Shown: one piece after another, positions 11,936 through 24,587 of the stretch
Layout of the letters: the number at the start of each line of letters is the position of its first letter
Numbering within the stretch: position 1 is the first letter of the stretch
Origin: Podarcis muralis
Lineage: Eukaryota
Length of the DNA: 64,000 nt
NCBI RefSeq assembly: GCF_964188315.1
Contig: NC_135658.1
Span: 25,544,001-25,608,000 of the forward strand
Direction: 5' to 3'
Notes under the pieces: generated by a model
The model's database searches: none
What the model was told of the DNA's origin: nothing
What the model saw: the letters and a program-made list of their open reading frames with translations, nothing else
Position numbers and translations under genes: made by a program

Positions 11936-13668
11936 GCTAGCTACAGCTATACATTATTGTTAAGACCTAGTAGAATGCACAGTAATGGTGGATTAGTAGT
12001 GGATTTATTCTGCTTTATTCTCCAATGCTTCCCCAAGTTATTGCTGTCTGGAGGGGTATAGCACAAGAAAAACGAGACACACAAAAAAAGAAAAAAAGAC
12101 CAGAACATTTGTGGTGTAGAAAGTCGTGGGATTTCATCAGGAAGTTATAGGATGTGCACTGATTGGAAATGAAGCAGTAGGACTACCCAAAACCTTTGCG
12201 GGTGCAAACAGTATTAAAAGTGGGGTTTGCTTTTGATGACCCCAATAGCATCACGAGCACAAATTATCATGCATGCACAATAAAAAAAAGGATGTCTGAA
12301 GGATCTCTATATTGAGAAACACAGTCTGCAAAACAGAGGAATGCAACTATTTGGCTAATACTGAATTCTGTGTTCATAGATATTTGAGGAGAGATGATAG
12401 GCAAATCCATTAGCGTCCATGAATCATAATCGAGTGAAGCAGAAGCCCTGCATGGGAGCACTCAAGAGAAACTTTAATATTGCCTGAAATCAAAATTGAA
12501 GCTATTGTGCCCAATCATTGATCATTTATATCAAGGCAAAAAAAAAAATCTGCATTTTTTTGTATTCCTGTTCCTTTCTGCTGGTTTCCCCTGTGAAATA
12601 CTAATTTATTTTGCAGATAACAGAATTTAGCTCACAGTTCTTCAGCTGAATAGCATATACAGTGATCTGAGATTCAGGCACTAGAGAAAGGATTTGCATC
12701 TAAGCTTCATGAAAATACTAGTCAGGACAACTGGCGAGAAAGGAGTTGGGTTAGACAGAAAAAAAGCAGAGTGAAACTATTTGACCAACTGTAATGATTT
12801 TTAGACAGCAAAAGTTGCTGACTTACACCTCAGGGTGCTGAAGGAACCAGCAGTGAAAATATCCATTAGCATTTGGAAATCTGTGCAAAACAGTACTGTA
12901 TAAAAATCTCCAGTGAAGGTGAAATAATGAACTTTTTCTTTTTTCAAGAAAAAAAAAAATGTGAGGATTTACAAATCAATGGCCACAACTTAGAAAGTAA
13001 TTTGATTTTTTAAAAGACAAAATCTAATAGCATCTAGAAGAAAAAAACAGACAATCACTAGAAACTCAGGGAGGTTTGAAATACAGTTAGGAGATCAGGG
13101 CAGAAAGCATTTGACTACTCATTTACACATTGATCTTTCTCCAGGACTTATATCTTAAAAGTGTATTGATGACTAGCCCCTGGGCCTGGTCTGAAAGTAC
13201 ATGCAACAAGCTGAACTGAAGCTTAAGTCTGGGACCATATTGTTGCATGCCCCCCCAATCTCTGAGCAGCGCAAGATTCCAGGGGGCTAACCAGGGTTCA
13301 GTTTCCTGGGAATGAGGGACAGCAGTGACTGCGGTGTCTTTAGGATATATGATTTATTTACATACATGTATAGAACCTGAGCCTAAGATGGAGGGGCTCG
13401 CAGCATTAACACCCCAGAAGGTATTGCTTCTCCCATAGACCCAAGCAGAATTCAAGCATGCCACTCACGCTCAGGTTGCTGCCTGCTTCTAGCCCAGCCC
13501 AAACACACACTCTGTGCCTATTGTCCTCACTACCAGCCAGGTGAGAGAGGGAGCACAGAGCCACTTCATTTCTTACACTAAGGAACCATAATCAGGGGCC
13601 ATTAAAAGTGGAGCGATCCATTAGGTTTTAACTCTTGCTGGATCCAAGAATTAGAAAGGACTCAGGCA

Positions 13669-13949
13669 CATGGACATAGCCAGGATTTTTTGTTGGGGGG
13701 TGGGGAAGAACCTCAGTTTGCTATGTATTTTTATCGAATTTTATTTAGGGGAAGGCAGCTGCCCCCCCCAGTGGCGTAGCGTGGGGGGTGCAGGGGGGGC
13801 GGCCGCACCGGGCGCAACATCTGGGGTTAGGGCAAATCCACAGGTTAGGGGGCGCAAATCCACGGGTTAGGGGGCGCAAATTACTTGCCTTGCCCCGGGT
13901 GCTGACAACCCACGCTACGCCACTGCCCCCCCCCTTGGCTACGCCTTTG
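13669..13949. mobile_element. hAT element with a second hAT element (13769-13925) nested in its poly-C tract
   Basis: Outer exact 8-bp TSD CTCAGGCA. Inner TIRs CAGTGGCGTAGCGTGG / CCACGCTACGCCACTG are flanked by C runs. Confidence 0.85.
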
Positions 13950-14584
13950 CTCAGGCATCATTCAGCCTAACTCCCACCCAAACTTACAACACTATGATGT
14001 ATATAATCGGCAGTGCAGATTCATGCATCCTATTGATTTCAATTACATACATAATAGGAATAAGGGGAGAGCGCTGATTGAAACATTTCTAATACTTACT
14101 TTTGTCCATATCTAAATCATGCAAAGCTACATATCAGGTCAGAGACTCTGTTTAAAAACAGTGGGTTCAAACTCCCAATACAGTGGTACCTTGGTTCTCA
14201 AATGCCTTGGTACTCAGACAACTTGGAACCCAAATCTTATTGGTTTCAGGGGTTATACAGTTTATATCAACAGTAGACAATAAACAAAGAGCGAGTTATC
14301 CAAATATTTTGTTAACTCTTTACCTTGGATGGTGGTCTCCCACAAAGGTCTATTGGAGCTTTATAAAATATCATGAACACTTTGAGTGCAATTTTCAGTT
14401 GCATTCTTCTGAAAATCCTGGTATGGCAACAACAGAGTGAATCAATCTTGTAGCCCTGCAGGTTTTGTATGTATTTCACATATGCAAAGTGTTTCTTATC
14501 ATATATTTGTTATAATATATGTCATGGGTGTATGCATTTTACAAACGTGAAGCATTGCTTATTACATATATGTATATATTAAAC

Positions 14585-14780
14585 TTTCTTCTTCTTCTTT
14601 GGCGATCACTCATAGCCGAGTAAGATTGCCTTCCATAAACATGGTTTTAACAGTGAGTCCATAAGTGACTGTGGAGGCCAATTCTGGATCCACACGTCCT
14701 TCCACAGTGGGGACATTGGTTCCCTGGTGGGAGTTGATCACAGTGTGGATTTGCCAAGCTTGCCTTCCTCTTAGCACGTT
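14585..14780 (-). mobile_element. RTE-clade LINE 3' end
   Basis: Minus strand translates ...CPHCGRTCGSRIGLHSHLWTHC-stop (C-terminal C2H2-like motif), followed by an (AAG)n tail. Confidence 0.75.
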
Positions 14781-15279
14781 AACATACCTATTGTGTGTCC
14801 ATTGTTAATCATCCTCAGGTGGACCAACTGAAATCAATGGATGAAGTTTCAAGTTTTAAAACACCTGCTGAAAAGGTTTCTATTTCGTCAGGCTGATGCA
14901 GTCCATCTTTCCATAACAGTTAGCTGGCTTTAGTTGTTTATTTCGTTCCCTAATAGTTAGTTGATTAGTTCTGATTTAAACGCTTTCATGTGTGTGTGTG
15001 TTTTAACTGTACAATTGCTGTGAACCACTCTGATCGCGCTGCAGTATATAAATCTCCTTTTTAATATTAAAACAAACTTGCATCGATTAATTTTAATGTG
15101 TCTGTGCCCATTGGGACTTAGTTGACTTATCACCGTGAATTGTAATATCCATTGCACACACCCACAAACACACCCCTCCTGGTTAAAAATCCCACCCTCG
15201 TTATCAACACAGGTTAAGTTTATTGCAACTTGGGTTATACAGCTCCGCGACCAAAGAATAGGACCCTTCGTCTCCCCCC

Positions 15280-15720
15280 CCCCCTCCTCCCCAACTCCCC
15301 TTCGCCTTATGGAACTGGCGGCGAGGGAGCGAGCAAATGCGCGCGCTCCTCCTCGGCGCCCCCACAGGCCGGCGGAGGCTGCGCGGGGTTCGCTCTCCTG
15401 AAAAGCAGAGGCGCGCGCGCCGGGGCGCAGCCGCCACCTCGGTCTCCCAGCCGCCGCGCGAGGGACGCTGCGTGTCTGCCCGGTCGCCTGGCCCTGCTCC
15501 GAAGTGGCGGGAAGGCGCCGCGGCGGGCGGAAGAGACACTGCCTGTGGGGTTGCTGCGTTGTTTTTTGGCGCGCGTTTTGGGAAGGCGCCGCTTCCGACG
15601 GGGAAACGGGATAAAAGAAGGAGGCTGGTGTCCCCGGGTCGCCCTCGTGCCAGCCTCCCAGAGAAGGAAGGAAGGGACTCTTCGCAGGAAGGCTTCAGGA
15701 GGAGCGGCAGGTAACGACAC
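15280..15720 (+). promoter_or_regulatory. SGCG: CpG island with candidate upstream non-coding first exon of SGCG (donor after 15710)
   Basis: Dense unmutated CpG in AT-rich surroundings, no ATG between about 15402 and 15710, and donor CAG|GTAACG at 15710/15711. Linkage to SGCG is inferred from position and orientation. Confidence 0.55.
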
Positions 15721-15922
15721 CCTCCACTTCTTGTGTCCCCGAGGCACATTTCGCTCTCCTTATAACAGGGCAGTCCCAAGCACGGAATACGAGAGAGAAA
15801 GCCCCGCTGGGTTAAGAGGACGCCTACTTCTGACTAAACGTGTTTATAGGGTTGCACCGCACGCGTGTTGCATGCATCCTGACGATGTCTTGTCTTCTCT
15901 GCACCCTCCCTCTCTTTCAACC

Positions 15923-15924
<2 letters not shown>

Positions 15925-15956
<32 letters not shown>
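15925..15956. repeat. (AC)16 microsatellite
   Basis: Read directly from the sequence. Confidence 0.95.
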
Positions 15957-15959
<3 letters not shown>

Positions 15960-16320
15960 TCTCAGCTGCATACACAGCTGTCCCTCGTTGTTCAGCAATC
16001 CCACAGATGGCTTGTTTTATATTACAGAGCCGTAGCTACGAGGGTGGGGGGCTAGCTGTGTTTTATGCCCCATGTGACGCTTCCAGAGGGGGCGCCATTG
16101 AGGCTCCCAGCCTCTGTTTGTGTGTGTGCACAAATGTCAAACTGGCTCTTGGACCTGGGTGAAATAAAGCCTAGTTTCACCCCTGTTGATTATATCTATA
16201 TATTATCCCACCTTTCTTCTGGGGTATATTTTACTTTCCCCACCTTCCTATTTTATCCTTCCTGTTGAGGTATATGGACTATTTCTAAACATTCAGATGA
16301 TGCTCCTTGGGCATACTATA

Positions 16321-16555
16321 CAGTGGTACCTTGGGTTAAATACTTAATTCGTTCTGGAGGTCCGTTCTTAACCTGAAACTGTTCTTAACCTGAAGCACCA
16401 CTTTAGCTAATGGGGCCTCCTGCTGCTGCCGCGCCGCCCGAGCACAATTTCTGTTCTTATCCTGAAGCAAAGTTCTTAACCTGAAGCACTATTTCTGGGT
16501 TAGCGGAGTGTGAAGCATATGTAACCTGAAGCATATGTAACCCGAGGTACCACTG
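16321..16555 (-). mobile_element. Tc1/mariner (Tigger-like) MITE, copy 1 of 5
   Basis: TIRs CAGTGGTACC(T/C)... with TA on both sides. Reverse orientation relative to the copies at 22573, 24362 and 31320. Confidence 0.9.
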
Positions 16556-18930
16556 TATGTCGAGTTCTCCCCACTCCACTTCCCAGTATCCCTTGACCAT
16601 TCACACTAATCACTGCAGAAGTATCGTTTCCCCCATGGCTTAGAATCTAAACATTCATCTTTCCTTTGGAAGCATCATGCCTTAAGTGTGCAGTGTTTCC
16701 ACACCATGTCCGGAATATGAGGAGACGCAGAATCTGAATGCCTGATTCCGTTGATTGAAATAATTTGACAGAAGAGCATCTTGAGCTTAGCAGATTGCTT
16801 GGCACAAGTATTGTGTGGCCCCCATCCTCATATTTGTTGCACCCAGCAACAAAAACTCAAGCTGCATTCTGTCATTTGTTATATGCATGCAAGCTTGTTT
16901 CCCTTGACTCATCAACTGAATATGATTTGGGTGTTTTATAACATGCATTTTAGTGAATTTAGTAATTTTCTTTGCTGCTGTTGTTTTTTTAAGTGTCATC
17001 CATTTTGCCCAACAGAGTTGGGTAAAATGAAATTTGTGCCCATGGTATTTGAATCATGAATGTAATGGTTAGAAGTAATCACTGGACGTTGCAGCCTTTG
17101 AGTAATGACATGTGGGAACTCACCCATACTGCCAGAGCAAGACGGAATCAAATGTCGTTGGGGCAGTAGCTGAAATCAGCACTGGTATATCTGTTCTGAG
17201 GCAGTGGCAAAGAGCTCTTGCAGAATTTTTGAATTTAGGGAATGCTGTTTTTAAGCACTACTTTTATAAGCATCTGAACATTTTCATATTCATATCTGGA
17301 GCATTTTCATATTCTCACAGCTCTCATATATTAGAATGTTAAGATTCATTGCTATGCAAGCATGTCATAATGATTTGATCCTATCAGGCGATCTGGATAT
17401 ATTTCAATGGTGTTGCTTTGAGTGAACTACTTTACATATCCTAATAAGCATCTCTTTCATCTTTTTAGGGCTGAGTCTTCAATCAAATATTTGTTTGCCT
17501 GGTTCAAGATGTGAACTGTTCACCCATCCACAATGCTCACAGATTACGATTTAATTCCAGCTCTAGCATTTTCTCGGACAGACTAGGTATATTCAGCTGC
17601 AAATATCTTGCATTCAAAAATGCTTTTCCAGCTTTGTCTCATATCCATCACTTCTTTCTAAATCATGTTTTCAAACTCACGTTGCCTATGTCTTATGCGT
17701 AGGGCTGAATATCGGGTCGCATACCATGAGCAAAGAGATCGTGGTGGGGAGATAGACTTGCCTTGATAAAACTAGCCTAAAATAGTCAAGCCGTGCCAGA
17801 AAATAATGTGGGGTCCTATTGAACTCACATCTGCATTCAAACAGTCATGGAGTTAGCATGTGTCCTAGCCTTAATTTATTTTCGCCACAAAGTCTTCTAC
17901 TGATCATGCTTCAAATAGTAATTTAAAGATTATCTACCATAGGTAGGTGGCACGAACTGGCATGGTTTCTCTTTGTAGGTGATATTTAGCCAGAATATAA
18001 CCTCAAGCCATTCAAAGCAAAAACAGGAATTACCCAAAAATTCCTTTTTTCCTAAACTTACTGTTGCATTTTTCAATGCTTTGTAACAATGTATAATCAC
18101 CCCATTGTTACCTGAATTGCAGGGGAGCAATTATCCTCATATTTTTAGCAATCTATAATGAAACATTTAATTGTATCAGAAAAAGCTGGCTATTCTACAG
18201 CACGTAGATGCATTGTCATATTAAAGGCCTGAAACACTCACTGAAAGGCAGTTTTAATCAGCGACAGCAAACTGGTGCATTCTTATTAATTTATCTTTCA
18301 TATCCATTTTTTGTGAGCACTTCATGAAATCATCAAACTAAGGAAATATGGGTGTAAAATTAACTCTTCTGTTCAAAACAATGGGATTTACAGTGTGCCT
18401 ATTCAGAAGTTGAGTTCAGTGGTGCTTACTCCCAGGTAAGTAGGTATAGGACTGCAGCTTCCAATGCTCTTAATGGTGGTTTCATTGAACGTTATCATAG
18501 AACAGTTGGATTTAGAACTATGCCCAGTGACAATAAAATCATTCCATGTGATTCAAACTTTTAATCCAGTAGAGGTCACTGTAGCTCAAGAGGCAAAAAT
18601 TCAGCTTTTTAAAAAAACATACCAACCTCAGACTTTATATCTGTTGTACTTATATCAATCTAATATTTCACTTCTGTCACCGTTTATTTTAATCAGGTTA
18701 TTTAAACTGCAGGGGGGGTGTCTGCTTCAGAGCCACACCTCCCTGTCATTTCACTCTCTCTAGGTTAGGCTGCCCGTGCTGCTTCTGCTAAGGAAATCTG
18801 GATGCTAAGGGGCCAATTGCAGGTGGGCACAGCTTTCTATAATGTGCCAGAGGACTTTACCCCAGCTGGTGTGTAGCGGGGACTATTTGTGAATCCCCAA
18901 CATACATTCGGTAAAATGTAATAATATTTT

Positions 18931-19338
18931 GTTGTTGTTTAGTTGTGTCCGACTCTTCGTGACCCCATGGACCAGAGCACGCCAGGCACTCCTGTCTTCC
19001 ACTACCTCCCGCAGTTTGGTCAAACTCATGCTGGTAGCTTCGAGAACACTGTCCAACCATCTCGTCCTCTGTCGTCCCCTTCTCCTTGTGCCCTCCATCT
19101 TTCCCAATATCAGGGTCTTTTCCAGGGAGTCTTCTCTTCTCATGAGGTGTCCAAAGTATTGGAGCCTCAGCTTCATGATCTGTCCTTCCAGTGAGCACTC
19201 AGGGCTGATTTCCTTAAAAATGGATATGTTTGATCTTCTTGCAGTCCATGGGACTCTCAAGAGTCTCCTCCAACACCATAATTCAAAAGCATCAATTCTT
19301 CGGCGATCAGCCTTCTTTATGGTCTAGCTCTCACTTCC
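18931..19338 (-). mobile_element. 5'-truncated RTE-BovB LINE
   Basis: ORF 18883..19260 (-) reads ...LRLQYFGHLMRREDSLEKTLILGKMEGTRRRGRQRTRWLD...RALVHGVTKSRTQL, the BovB C-terminus. 11-bp TSD AATAATATTTT at 18920-18930 and 19339-19349. Confidence 0.92.
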
Positions 19339-21089
19339 AATAATATTTTAAGTACCGTATATATGTTAAGTTTAACCACTTAATCCTGTCCCCCTGATTA
19401 TTTACTGGGTTGCAAAAAAATATTAATTTAACATATATGTTAAAGTGGATAAAGGATCAGTGGCAGTGAAAGCAAAGAAGTACCTCAGATTTTCATATTT
19501 AATTGGGAATGTGCCAGTCCTCAATTTATGATCTAAAACTGTAAGCAAGAAGCCTCATCTCATCCTACTAGTCTTGTAGTTCCAGGCTTCAGCAAAAGAA
19601 GCACAGAATTGTGTTTTTGGGGGGGCGGTTATTAGGGAGAAGTGAGCAATGCTTGGTAGTGTTCGCACACCAAGTTTATGTTGCCGTTCCCCACTTACAC
19701 ACACACATTTAAACATAAGCAGTTTTCATCATCAAATGTGTAATGTTAATGAAAAACAAAATTTAGGGCTACTGTGGAGTGAGATAATGTGCTCCCGAGC
19801 TGTTCAGTGTATGGATGAGTGTACAGTGTGCAGGATGAGGAGAGCATGGTTAGTATCCACTGTATGCAAAGCTTTAACAGTTCCAGCCTCTAGGCATGTT
19901 ACTTCATGCACAGAGAGCCAGCCTGGTTGGAAGCAGCACTCGGATCTCTGTTGTGCTGCGTGTGTTCTGGGCAATGCTATACTCTGAGCAAATTATACTC
20001 GGAGTGATGTTGGCGAACCCCATACCAGACAATTGATACTGCTGATCTCCAAGAGAGGCAGTCCGTTTTAGTGCTTTGTATATAAAGCCACTGGAAGCCG
20101 TCACCAGGAATAATTGAGTGAAGTGTCACCAATATGCGGAAGACACACAGCTCGTGTATTTGTTCTATCTGAATCGGGAGAGGCAGCCCAGATTCTATAC
20201 AGGTGTTTGTAGACAGTGAAGGACTGGATGTGCCCCAGCAAACAAATCCTGAATCTTGAAAACAATTGTGAAAAGACAGCGGTGTCATGTGTTCAAAGTT
20301 CTGACATTCAGGAGGTGAGAAGGTGGCCTGTTTTGCCTCCTAAAATCTTCTTTTATTTATCAACAAATAAATATTTGTATAGTTCAGAATGTAGCATAGA
20401 ATCTGAAGCTCCAGCCCTAATACACAATGTGCAAGATATTTAACAACACACCCACCTTCGAATTTGCCTCTTTCTCTGCACCAAATCTTAATTTCTGCAA
20501 GTAGCTTATTATGGCTGTCACGCAGCGTCCCTCCTACTTCCAAGTCTGCATAATGAAACCATGTGCACAGACATTCTCAGAGAGGAATGTTATGCTTGAC
20601 ATAAGGCTGCTGCTAAAAATAATGGCATATCTGCACTGAGTTGTCCTTTTCTTCTATATTTATTTGAGAGATTTTCTGTAACACTCCAGCACTGCCAATC
20701 CTGGGTGGGCATTTCCATATGGATTACATCATATAAAAGCTTGGAAATCTAGATAAATTTCAATATGTAAGCTCACTTGCCACATTTTTTGATATAATCC
20801 CATAGGCTCCACAAACAGCAGCCAATGACATGGTGCAAGGGAATGCCTGGTATTATGATGTCATCACACGGGATTACTCATCCTGTATATTACCAGGGGA
20901 GAGGCAAGAAATGAACATGGGGGGGTCCCATTTTAGGTTGCAGCCATATGTTGTATATAAGGCAGTTCTTTCTGCCTTTGCGGATTCCCAGACTTTGAAA
21001 CTCTCTCCTCCCAAGGATAGGGGGAAAAGCATGCATATTTTAATCGAAGCAAGCAAGAGATAGACAGGGGGTTCTTAGAGGTTCCTGTA

Positions 21090-21350
21090 CAGTCATACCT
21101 CAGGTTGTGAATGTGATCCATGCGGGAGGCACGTTTGCAACCCGCAGCATTTGCAGCCTGAAGCGTCGCATCTGCGCATGCGTGTGGCGCAATTCAGCAC
21201 TTCTGTGCATGCGTGTGACATCATTTTGCACTTCTGCGCATGTGTGAGCGCCAAAACCCGGAAGTAACCCATTCCAGTACTTCCGGGTTCGGTGCTGTCC
21301 ACAACCCGAAAATGAGTAACCCGCAGCGTTAATAACCCGAGGTATGACTG
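21090..21350. mobile_element. Tigger-like MITE (second family)
   Basis: TIR CAGTCATACCTC...GAGGTATGACTG with TA TSD. Related to 63709-63942. Confidence 0.85.
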
Positions 21351-22572
21351 TAGTTAACTGCTAGATTCCCTTCAGTGTAGTGCTAATGGATCTGCTCATT
21401 TTCTATCTACATGTCCACATGTATGTCTATGGAAGTACAGTACCATTTTGGGAGTCTTTAATCTGGGCACAGTTCATGCCACAGAGGCTCTTGTGTTATG
21501 CTGCTCCTAATTTAATATTGCCAACACAAGTCTTGTTGATATGGGGAAAATAGCAAGAGCCACGCACATTATTCTACTTGAATACTGTATTTACATCAAA
21601 TTTTGGGCCATAAGTAAAATGGCTTTGTGGCTTAAAGTGCCAAGACAAAAATGCAAAATAGCAAGATGATTAGTTTTTACCCAAAATCCACATTGCCTGG
21701 ACCTTAAGCTTAGTTACTGATGTAGAGATACAAATAGATGGAGAGGAGAGATTTGCCTTTAAGGGGCTGGGAGGGCAATGGGGAACAGAAAGGGCTGCAG
21801 TGGAGGCTTAAATGCATAAGAGGAATATGCTCCAGTGCAAATAACTGGAATTGGGATAACACAATGGTTGAAAAACAGTGAGGCTGGGGAAATGAGAGAT
21901 AGAGGTCAGAAAGAGATGGTAATAATAACTTACCTGAAGGAAGCTGGTGCAGAGATAAGTTATTTCCTGGGTTTCAGCATGCAGGTGCACAGTCATGACT
22001 TGAGTCTTGATAAAACTTTATCTGGTGATTTGAGTCTTTCAAAGAGTCAGCCAGCTGCCTCTGTTTTCTGAAACTTTTGGTTCAGTTGTGGATGGGGTGG
22101 CCAATAAAGGTGGATGGGGTGGCCAATAAAGGCCAATAAAGCCAGATCTGTCCCCCAGTGTTTCTGGACAAGGACATAGCTATTTTCTTTTATCCACTGG
22201 AGGAATTCACCCTGCTTTCTATAAATCCTTCTAACAATGCTCCAAAAACAAAATAATTTCTGGCTTATGCGTCTCACAAGGATCCTGAATAAACCCAAAG
22301 AAAGCAGCAAACATGACTAAGAGAAGGAAATGGGAAAGATGGGGGAAAGGATCTAGCTAAAGCTGAAGAGAAGTTCAGCTCCTTGGGGAAAAGAGAAGCA
22401 TGGAGAAGCCTAGCAAGCCTTATACTCATGAAACCAAAGAGGTTGGGGATTTGAGGAATGCCCAGTTATAGGCGAGGGACTTCCTGTCAGGCATCTGCTC
22501 TAATGCAAAGGGTGATCTTGTTAAGGACAGGGCTAGACAAAGGACACAGGTCTATCTGCTGGCATCACAATA

Positions 22573-22788
22573 CAGTGGTACCTCGGGTTACAGACGCTTC
22601 AGGTTACAGACTCCGCTAACCCAGAAATAGTACCTCAGGTTAAGAACTTTGCTTCAGGGTGAGAACAGAAATGGCGCGGCGGCGGTGGGAGGCCCCATTA
22701 GCTAAAGTGGTACCTCAAGTTAAGAACAGTTTCAGGTTAAGAACGGACCTTCAGAAAAAAATTTAGTTCTTAACCCGAGGTACCACTG
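22573..22788 (+). mobile_element. Tigger-like MITE, copy 2 of 5
   Basis: TIRs CAGTGGTACCTCGGGTTA with TA TSD. Confidence 0.9.
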
Positions 22789-23075
22789 TACAGTTTTCCC
22801 ACTGCAGAATGTCTGCATGGTCATGAAAAAATTCCTGGGCCACTCGCAGCATCCTTCTCAAGTGACTACTCAGGAAAGAGTGGAATGCAAAAAGGGTGTT
22901 TAATCTAATTACCAGCTCGCTGGAGGAAACAATTAGAGAAAACTAATGGCCAAATAAGAGTGTATACTTGCATTAGATATAGCAAAAAATCTGGAGATGC
23001 GCCTAGCCACCATATGCTTGATGACATACCTATTTTAACCTAGCATTTGACACCTGGACTTGCCCTGTTCTTCTG

Positions 23076-23102
23076 AATAATAATAATAATAATAATAATA
23101 AT
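23076..23102. repeat. (AAT)9 microsatellite
   Basis: Read directly from the sequence. Confidence 0.95.
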
Positions 23103-23249
23103 GCTTGCAACTATGTTGTCCGTGTGACTGCTTGCTCCCATGCACCGCTTGCTGCTCTGAGTTGTGATCACACCAATATAGCTTTGTTACTTTGCAATTG
23201 CACTGCACTCACTGCTCTTGCCAAGCCAGAATAGACACACAATTTCAGG

Positions 23250-23596
23250 GCACCTGCAGGGTTTCAGCTGATCTGAGCTTCTCAGTAACAGTGGGATGAA
23301 CAGAAGTCAAAGAAACCCGTGTAAATTCCCCTGCAAATAATAATTATTTTAAGTTTTTCGCCCCTCGTTGAAGCACTAGTGCAGCACTAGCTAGTTTGTC
23401 ATAGATTAAAATTAGCCTTGCCTGTGTTGCCAGTGAAAGGCAGTGGAATGTGAGATCTGGCCAACCATGTAAACAAGCCCAGCCACGCCTCGAATATCTT
23501 CCACTCTAGATTCAAGTGGAGAAAATCATTCTATAAGGCAGGGAGAGTCTGATCCTAGTTAGTTCAGCAAATCGTACTGCTTTCAAATCTTCTAAG
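23250..23596 (+). promoter_or_regulatory. SGCG: Probable SGCG proximal promoter and non-coding exon 1 (3' boundary 23596; start uncertain)
   Basis: Consensus donor AAG|GTAAGT at 23596/23597. The exon ends ...TCTTCTAAG, like the human SGCG leader (...TCTAAG-ATG, from recall). E-boxes CACCTG (23251) and CAGCTG (23265) and an A/T-rich block lie upstream. Confidence 0.65.
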
Positions 23597-24361
23597 GTAA
23601 GTCTTTTACATATGCTTGGATGTATATATGTTATGAGCTGCAACTAAATTGTACGTGTCCTTTTCTTGTTACACTGCTTGCAGTTCTGTTAATCTTCCCT
23701 TTGGGCCTGTTATCTTAACTTCAAGCACCAAACTTAACGTTTAATGTTTTGTATATCATTACTGATTTAAACATTGGTAGAGCTTCAGCTTAGCAAAGCA
23801 AGTTTTCTTCATTGCATTCAATTGCATAATAGATTAGCAATATGTTATTTTTTAAAAATGTTACTCTTTTCTTTTGGGGACAGTCTGATTTACACAGGAT
23901 GAATGGCCTCTGCACTCTCCAAGAAAACTCTGGCTTATTTTGCCTGATAGTTTTCTGTCTCCCCTGCCCACCTCCTCCCCACCCCTAAAACAAATGGCTG
24001 CAACTACATGGATAATTTTCTTACTGAGAAAAATATTATCATTTTTATTTAATAATGGAATTTCACTTGTTCTTGTCACATATGGATGTGAATATAAAAA
24101 CCTGTGCTTCAGTTATATGCTCTTTTAATCAAGTGGTATTATATACACATATGTATCAGCAAGGTTCATTCTGTTATATGTGATGCATCAGCCACAGTTG
24201 AGCTCCGCTGACCTAAACTGTTTCCACAAATGACATCCAAATTAATCCCAGGCATTTAAGCAAGGAGCCTTTTCTATTCATGCGGGATTTTTGTGACTCT
24301 GGAGGTGGGGCTAAACATGCTTCTGCAGCCAGACAGGATCATGTTCTCCCTTAGTTCAGTA

Positions 24362-24587
24362 CAGTGGTACCTTGGGTTACATACGCTTCAGGTTACAGAC
24401 TCCGCTAACCCAGAAATAGTACCTCGGGTTAAGAACTTTGCTTCAGGATGAGAACAGAAATCGTGCTCTGGCGGCGCAGCAGCAGCAGGAGGCCCCATTA
24501 GCTAAAGTGGTGCTTCAGGTTAAGAACAGTTTCAGGTTAAGAACGGATCTCCGGAATGAATTAAGTACTTAACCTGAGGTACCACTG
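24362..24587 (+). mobile_element. Tigger-like MITE, copy 3 of 5
   Basis: Same TIRs and TA TSD. Confidence 0.9.

Noticed and set aside
12150-12950. Possible ancient transposase remnant
   Set aside because: Only a few residues resemble a transposase and stops occur in all frames, so it is not supportable.
13825-13875. Interstitial telomere
   Set aside because: Only three non-contiguous TTAGGG motifs, all inside a TIR-bounded MITE.
15230-16162. 310-aa ORF and overlapping 125-191-aa ORFs across the CpG island
   Set aside because: Low-complexity Arg/Pro/Ala/Gly translations are expected in GC-rich DNA. The ORF reads through a (CA)n repeat and has no recognisable domain.
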